Assembly: GCA_016432465.1 (NCBI GenBank)
Contig: CP066690.1
Span: 526,823-590,822 of the forward strand
Length of the DNA: 64,000 bases
Reading direction: 5' to 3'
From: Candidatus Sungiibacteriota bacterium
GTDB lineage: Bacteria > Patescibacteriota > Minisyncoccia > Sungbacterales > HO2-52-23
Both the position numbers and the translations under genes were made by a program. The notes under the pieces were generated by a model. It ran no database searches. It saw only the letters and a list, made by a program, of their open reading frames with translations, and had not been told where the DNA came from. The first letter of the stretch is position 1, and each line of letters starts with the position of its first letter. Positions 60,490 to 64,000 of the stretch are shown piece after piece.

Positions 60490-61635
60490 ATGTTTTCTGG
60501 CCTTGAGCTCTTTTTCTCCCGTTACTTTGAGACACCAGAGGTTCTTTTACTGATTCTTTTGTTGGTTTTATCACTGATAGTTAGCAGAAGGTCCAGAGTC
60601 AGCGTAAGTTCCCGGACACTTTTTCAGCTATTACCGCGCTCGTGTTTTACACGAGCTCTGTTTTTGCTAGGACCGCTGTTTTTGTTTCTGGGCACCTCCT
60701 CGGGTATTGTGGCTTTGGCCAAACCCCGCAGTGCTATAGTTGAGCGGATAAATCGTGAGGTCAGCGGGCAGATCGCTATTCTTATTGACGACATCTCCGG
60801 CAGTATGGGCATGCAGGCAAAAAGCGGAAAGTCTCGACTAGAAGTTCTCAAGGTTGCCAACGAAATTTTCCTGAACGAATTCTGTCGGGAAAAGATTAAA
60901 GGAGAAGGACTTGGTCTGAACATGGCGGGGCTTGTAGTTTTTGACTCTGATGCCCAAGTTTTAGTTAGACCTACCACTGATTGTAATTTGGTAAGAAGGG
61001 CGGTGCGGTCTTTAAAAGATACAACATCTACATCCGTTGAACAGGGCCTTTGGGCCGGGCTTAAACTTCTTTTGATTTTTGCTGATAAGGAACGAATCAT
61101 ACCCCTGACAGAGCTTACAGAAATTCAGACCTCGCTCAAAGAGCGGGCGGTTCGCATACCGCAGCGCCGCCAAGAGTTTTGTGAAAAAAATCAAGGTCTT
61201 TCCCTACTACTTTTTACTGATGGCGATTTCGCGATAGCCGGAAGCAGGCAAGCCTTATTACAGGAGCGCGAGACCACACGCGGAGGATACTTTAAAATAA
61301 ATCCCTTCCACGTTCTTGACCTGGCCAAGGCTCTCTGTATAAAAACTTATTTTTGGAGCATGAATGAGATTTGGCCGGCTTTTGAGGAGGCGTTTTCCAA
61401 CCCTCCCGGCACCGGAGAAGCAATGCTGGTCTCGGATCTTGACGAACGTACTCTGGGAGATTTGTACCGCAGAGTTGCAGAAAAGGAACGTGGAGGGTTT
61501 GTTATTCAGGAAGTAACGACTTATAATCCCCTAAGAAGATATTTTATAGCAGGTGCGCTGGTGGGTATACTTTGCGGGGCATTTCTTACGGGTCTGGGTC
61601 GGCTCCTTGTTCATAGCGGGAGGGCAAGAAAATGA
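60490..61635 (+). CDS. VWA domain membrane protein (BatA-like)
   Basis: N-terminal TMs. MIDAS motif IAILIDDISGSM (DxSxS). C-terminal TM. Confidence 0.7.
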   Translation: MFSGLELFFSRYFETPEVLLLILLLVLSLIVSRRSRVSVSSRTLFQLLPRSCFTRALFLLGPLFLFLGTSSGIVALAKPRSAIVERINREVSGQIAILIDDISGSMGMQAKSGKSRLEVLKVANEIFLNEFCREKIKGEGLGLNMAGLVVFDSDAQVLVRPTTDCNLVRRAVRSLKDTTSTSVEQGLWAGLKLLLIFADKERIIPLTELTEIQTSLKERAVRIPQRRQEFCEKNQGLSLLLFTDGDFAIAGSRQALLQERETTRGGYFKINPFHVLDLAKALCIKTYFWSMNEIWPAFEEAFSNPPGTGEAMLVSDLDERTLGDLYRRVAEKERGGFVIQEVTTYNPLRRYFIAGALVGILCGAFLTGLGRLLVHSGRARK

Positions 61636-62378
61636 AAAAAGTCCTGATTCTTTCTTTTCTTCTGCTTCTTGGTTTGGGACTATGGCTGGCCGGAAATCAG
61701 GTTGACGAGTGGGACGCCAAAAATAAACTGCAGCAGGAAAGGGCGGAAACTGCTTTTCAGGATCGGCTGCTGCAGCTTCGCGCCTTTCCGGATAAAGTGA
61801 AAAAGATTGATCAGTTTTTGGGTCGGGGGAAACTGAAGGAGGCGCAAAAAGAAACAGCGGAATTATTAAAAAACGCGCCGGTTGAGTTTGTCAGTTCCTT
61901 GAAATATCGCGAGGCTGAAATCAATTACCGTCTTTGCGAACAAAGGCTGATTAACTTTATCTTTTTTGTTTCCAGTCATACCGCCGAGAATCCCACTCAA
62001 GAGCAGGCAGCCGAGGAACGGGATAGGGCTCTTTCCTATTGCGACAAGGCGTTGGAAATTATAAAAAGTCTTAAACCCCAAACTAAAGAAGAGGAACTTT
62101 ACTATCAATATGGACGCGGAAATTTGGAAGTGAGGCGTGCGGCTTTAGCGGCTTCCCAAGAAGAATTTACCGAAACCCTAAAAAGAGCCATGGAAGCCTA
62201 TGTGCAGGCGTTGGTAGCCAAGGATGATTACCAAACCAAGTTTAACCTTGAACTTTTAATTTGGCAGTTTGAAAAATCAGGCGGAGGCGGATCTAATAAT
62301 CAAACGCCGGCAGATTTACTGAAGCTGAAGCCAGTGCCGGGCGCGGGTCCGGGGAGACTTGGTAAAAGCAAACTATAA
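61632..62378 (+). CDS. exported helical-repeat (TPR-like) protein (BatC-like)
   Basis: Signal peptide. Alpha-helical repeat composition. Position in the operon. Confidence 0.4.
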   Translation: MKKVLILSFLLLLGLGLWLAGNQVDEWDAKNKLQQERAETAFQDRLLQLRAFPDKVKKIDQFLGRGKLKEAQKETAELLKNAPVEFVSSLKYREAEINYRLCEQRLINFIFFVSSHTAENPTQEQAAEERDRALSYCDKALEIIKSLKPQTKEEELYYQYGRGNLEVRRAALAASQEEFTETLKRAMEAYVQALVAKDDYQTKFNLELLIWQFEKSGGGGSNNQTPADLLKLKPVPGAGPGRLGKSKL

Positions 62379-62393
62379 CCTTACAGGGCAGCA

Positions 62394-63587
62394 TTGCCCT
62401 GTTTTAATTTTTATGTTATAAATTCGGCAGACAACCATAAAGAGGCCAAGATGCAGCTTTTGGCTTCGTTCTTTGATACCATTGGTCCTACCCTGGCACG
62501 TATGGCCGGCGTAGATAAAATTTTATTTCACTTTCCGCAGGCTTGGTGGATGATCGGTGCTGTCCCCTTATTAGTACTTTGGTTTTTGCGGGCTCTGTAT
62601 TTGCGAAGACGCGGCGCCTCCATATTGGGGGTCAGATCCGGGTTTGTTCGCCACGCCCCAAAGTACATTTTTCTGATAACAGCCATAGTTGGTCTTGTTG
62701 CCGCGTTTTCCGATCCTTACGGGATAAGTACTGTCCCGCGGCCGGTATACAAAGGCGAGGCGCTTGACTTTGTTTTTGATCTTTCGCCAAGTCAAAAGGC
62801 CACTGACGTATCTCCTAACCGTCTGGAAGCGGTGAAAATAAAAGTGGTTGGCGCCATAGACCTGCTAAGTAAAGAAGGCACGTGGATTATGTGCATAGGG
62901 TATTTTACCATGAGCTTTAACCGCTGGCGCAGCTGCGGGCCGGATCTGGCAGGAGTAAAATTTGATATCGCGCAGCTTGATACTTATTTTAGTTATGAAG
63001 AGGGAACCGACCTTATGGCTGCTTTCCCCACTGATTATAAAGAACTTCGCAAAGAAGGTTTAAGTCCGGGGACTCGTATTACACTTTTTATTTTTACTGA
63101 CGGCGGAAAAGAAATGTGGTATGAGGCGGGTGGGGTGGTTAGGGTGCTTGAACCGGACTGGAACGAGGCCGAATTTAAAAAAAAGATAGCCGAATTTACC
63201 AAAGAGGGAATACGAGTTATTCCTGTGGGCATAGGCGGCGAGAAACCAGTTCCGGTGTATATTACTGACAACAAGGGGGTTAGCCGTCCTGCTACAAGAC
63301 CCACGGGTGAAATAGTTTATACTATGCTGGACGAGGAGATTTTGCGAAAGATCGCAGAGTGGAGCGGTGCGCCGGGTAGATATTTTATTTTGCGCGAAGG
63401 CACCTCACTAGAGCGCTGGATTACGGATACCACTCTTTTGAGCCGGGAGGTTGACCACTACGTTAACGATAAAAAGGAAAAGGAACTTTGGCAGTATCCT
63501 TTGGTTGTCGGGATAATTTCAGGAGCATTAGCGCTGGGGGCATTAGGTTTTTTCCCGCGTATTTTTGAAATTTTAAGATTCAAATAA
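62394..63587 (+). CDS. VWA domain membrane protein (BatB-like)
   Basis: N-terminal TMs. MIDAS-like ALDFVFDLSPSQ (DxSxS). C-terminal TM. Confidence 0.65.
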   Translation: MPCFNFYVINSADNHKEAKMQLLASFFDTIGPTLARMAGVDKILFHFPQAWWMIGAVPLLVLWFLRALYLRRRGASILGVRSGFVRHAPKYIFLITAIVGLVAAFSDPYGISTVPRPVYKGEALDFVFDLSPSQKATDVSPNRLEAVKIKVVGAIDLLSKEGTWIMCIGYFTMSFNRWRSCGPDLAGVKFDIAQLDTYFSYEEGTDLMAAFPTDYKELRKEGLSPGTRITLFIFTDGGKEMWYEAGGVVRVLEPDWNEAEFKKKIAEFTKEGIRVIPVGIGGEKPVPVYITDNKGVSRPATRPTGEIVYTMLDEEILRKIAEWSGAPGRYFILREGTSLERWITDTTLLSREVDHYVNDKKEKELWQYPLVVGIISGALALGALGFFPRIFEILRFK

Positions 63588-63678
63588 TTCCCGCATATTT
63601 TGTTGCGGGGTTTTTTGTTACTTGATAACGATAAAATTACCCTTATACTGGTATTATTGAACCTTGACAGGGGTAGTT

Positions 63679-64000
63679 ATGAAAATGTTGCTTTTGATTG
63701 GTATACTTTTGGCCGCCTTTTTGGGTGTTTCCCCAGAACCGCTTAATTCAGCCGAAGACGAGAGTAGTGACTTATCCGGCGCGAAACACGCTGTTGCTAT
63801 CATAAAATATGCCGTCCAGCTTTCTGCTGTGGCTCAAAGCAGCGCCCAGGCGCCTTATTGTGTAGGCAGTAAAGAAGACAACGTACCTTCAGAAGTCGTA
63901 GCAAGTTGCGAGAATAGTTTTGTTACGATTTGGGTTGAAAATAAAAAAGTTGACGGTGTGGAGTATAGTGTTGGAAGCGGCGGATTTATTACTTCACGGC
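63679..64000 (+). CDS. exported protein, 3' partial (continues beyond window)
   Basis: Signal peptide MKMLLLIGILLAAFLGVSPEP. Open to the window end. Confidence 0.4.
   Translation, partial: MKMLLLIGILLAAFLGVSPEPLNSAEDESSDLSGAKHAVAIIKYAVQLSAVAQSSAQAPYCVGSKEDNVPSEVVASCENSFVTIWVENKKVDGVEYSVGSGGFITSR

Noticed and set aside
1-64000. Possibility of an alternative genetic code (UGA or UAG reassignment) to explain the GIY-YIG TAG and the TGA at 3205
   Set aside because: Clearly homologous genes terminate at TGA (the P-type ATPase and argS), at TAG (glmS, recO-like, M16 peptidase) and at TAA. The standard code 11 is therefore in use.

Overview
This 64-kb window is a gene-dense, low-GC (roughly mid-40s % by eye) stretch of a small bacterial genome. 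Gene content and small protein sizes suggest a Patescibacteria/CPR-like organism (inference). The standard genetic code is in use: TGA, TAG and TAA all terminate clearly homologous genes.

Most of the window is housekeeping.
- Aminoacyl-tRNA synthetases: argS-ileS (overlapping), glyQS, metG, leuS.
- Other core genes: glmS, glyA, folD, topA, dprA, rel (relA/spoT), parA-parB, polX, recO-like, tsaC/yrdC, yvcK-like, tatD.
- Translation block on the minus strand: smpB-ssrA(tmRNA)-infC-rpmI-rplT, plus tRNA-Leu(CAA).
- Minimal Fe-S set: iscA, iscA, iscU.
- Transport: a Ca-type P-ATPase plus CaCA exchanger pair, and a metal ABC importer.
- A Bat-like MoxR-DUF58-VWA-TPR-VWA operon, and several secreted or membrane hypotheticals.

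Items that stand out:
1. ileS carries an in-frame ~190-aa histidine-phosphatase (RHGE..SH) domain inserted in its catalytic core. This is the most unusual single feature.
2. AT-rich heptanucleotide tandem repeats and small palindromes sit in frame inside argS, ileS, leuS (three sites) and polX.
3. A small accessory islet at 9.99-11.85 kb contains a GIY-YIG gene whose conserved Tyr codon is replaced by TAG, a strongly GC-rich foreign ORF with its own sigma70-like promoter, and an IS200/IS605-type Y1 transposase. Four copies of a GAGGTTNAACCTC hairpin are associated with the transposase, two of them inside its CDS.
4. Two self-contained small-protein cassettes (promoter, strong SD, 66-74 aa ORF, terminator, shared 3' 22-mer), one strongly GC-rich, are inserted in the Bat-like operon.
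5. A PaaX/Cas2-fold-like regulator is bracketed by two near-identical 42-bp palindromes.
6. Three intergenic long-stem elements have UUCG-type inner hairpins and are candidate structured RNAs.
7. infC appears to start at a non-AUG/GUG/UUG codon.

No CRISPR array, restriction-modification system or recognisable defence operon was seen.
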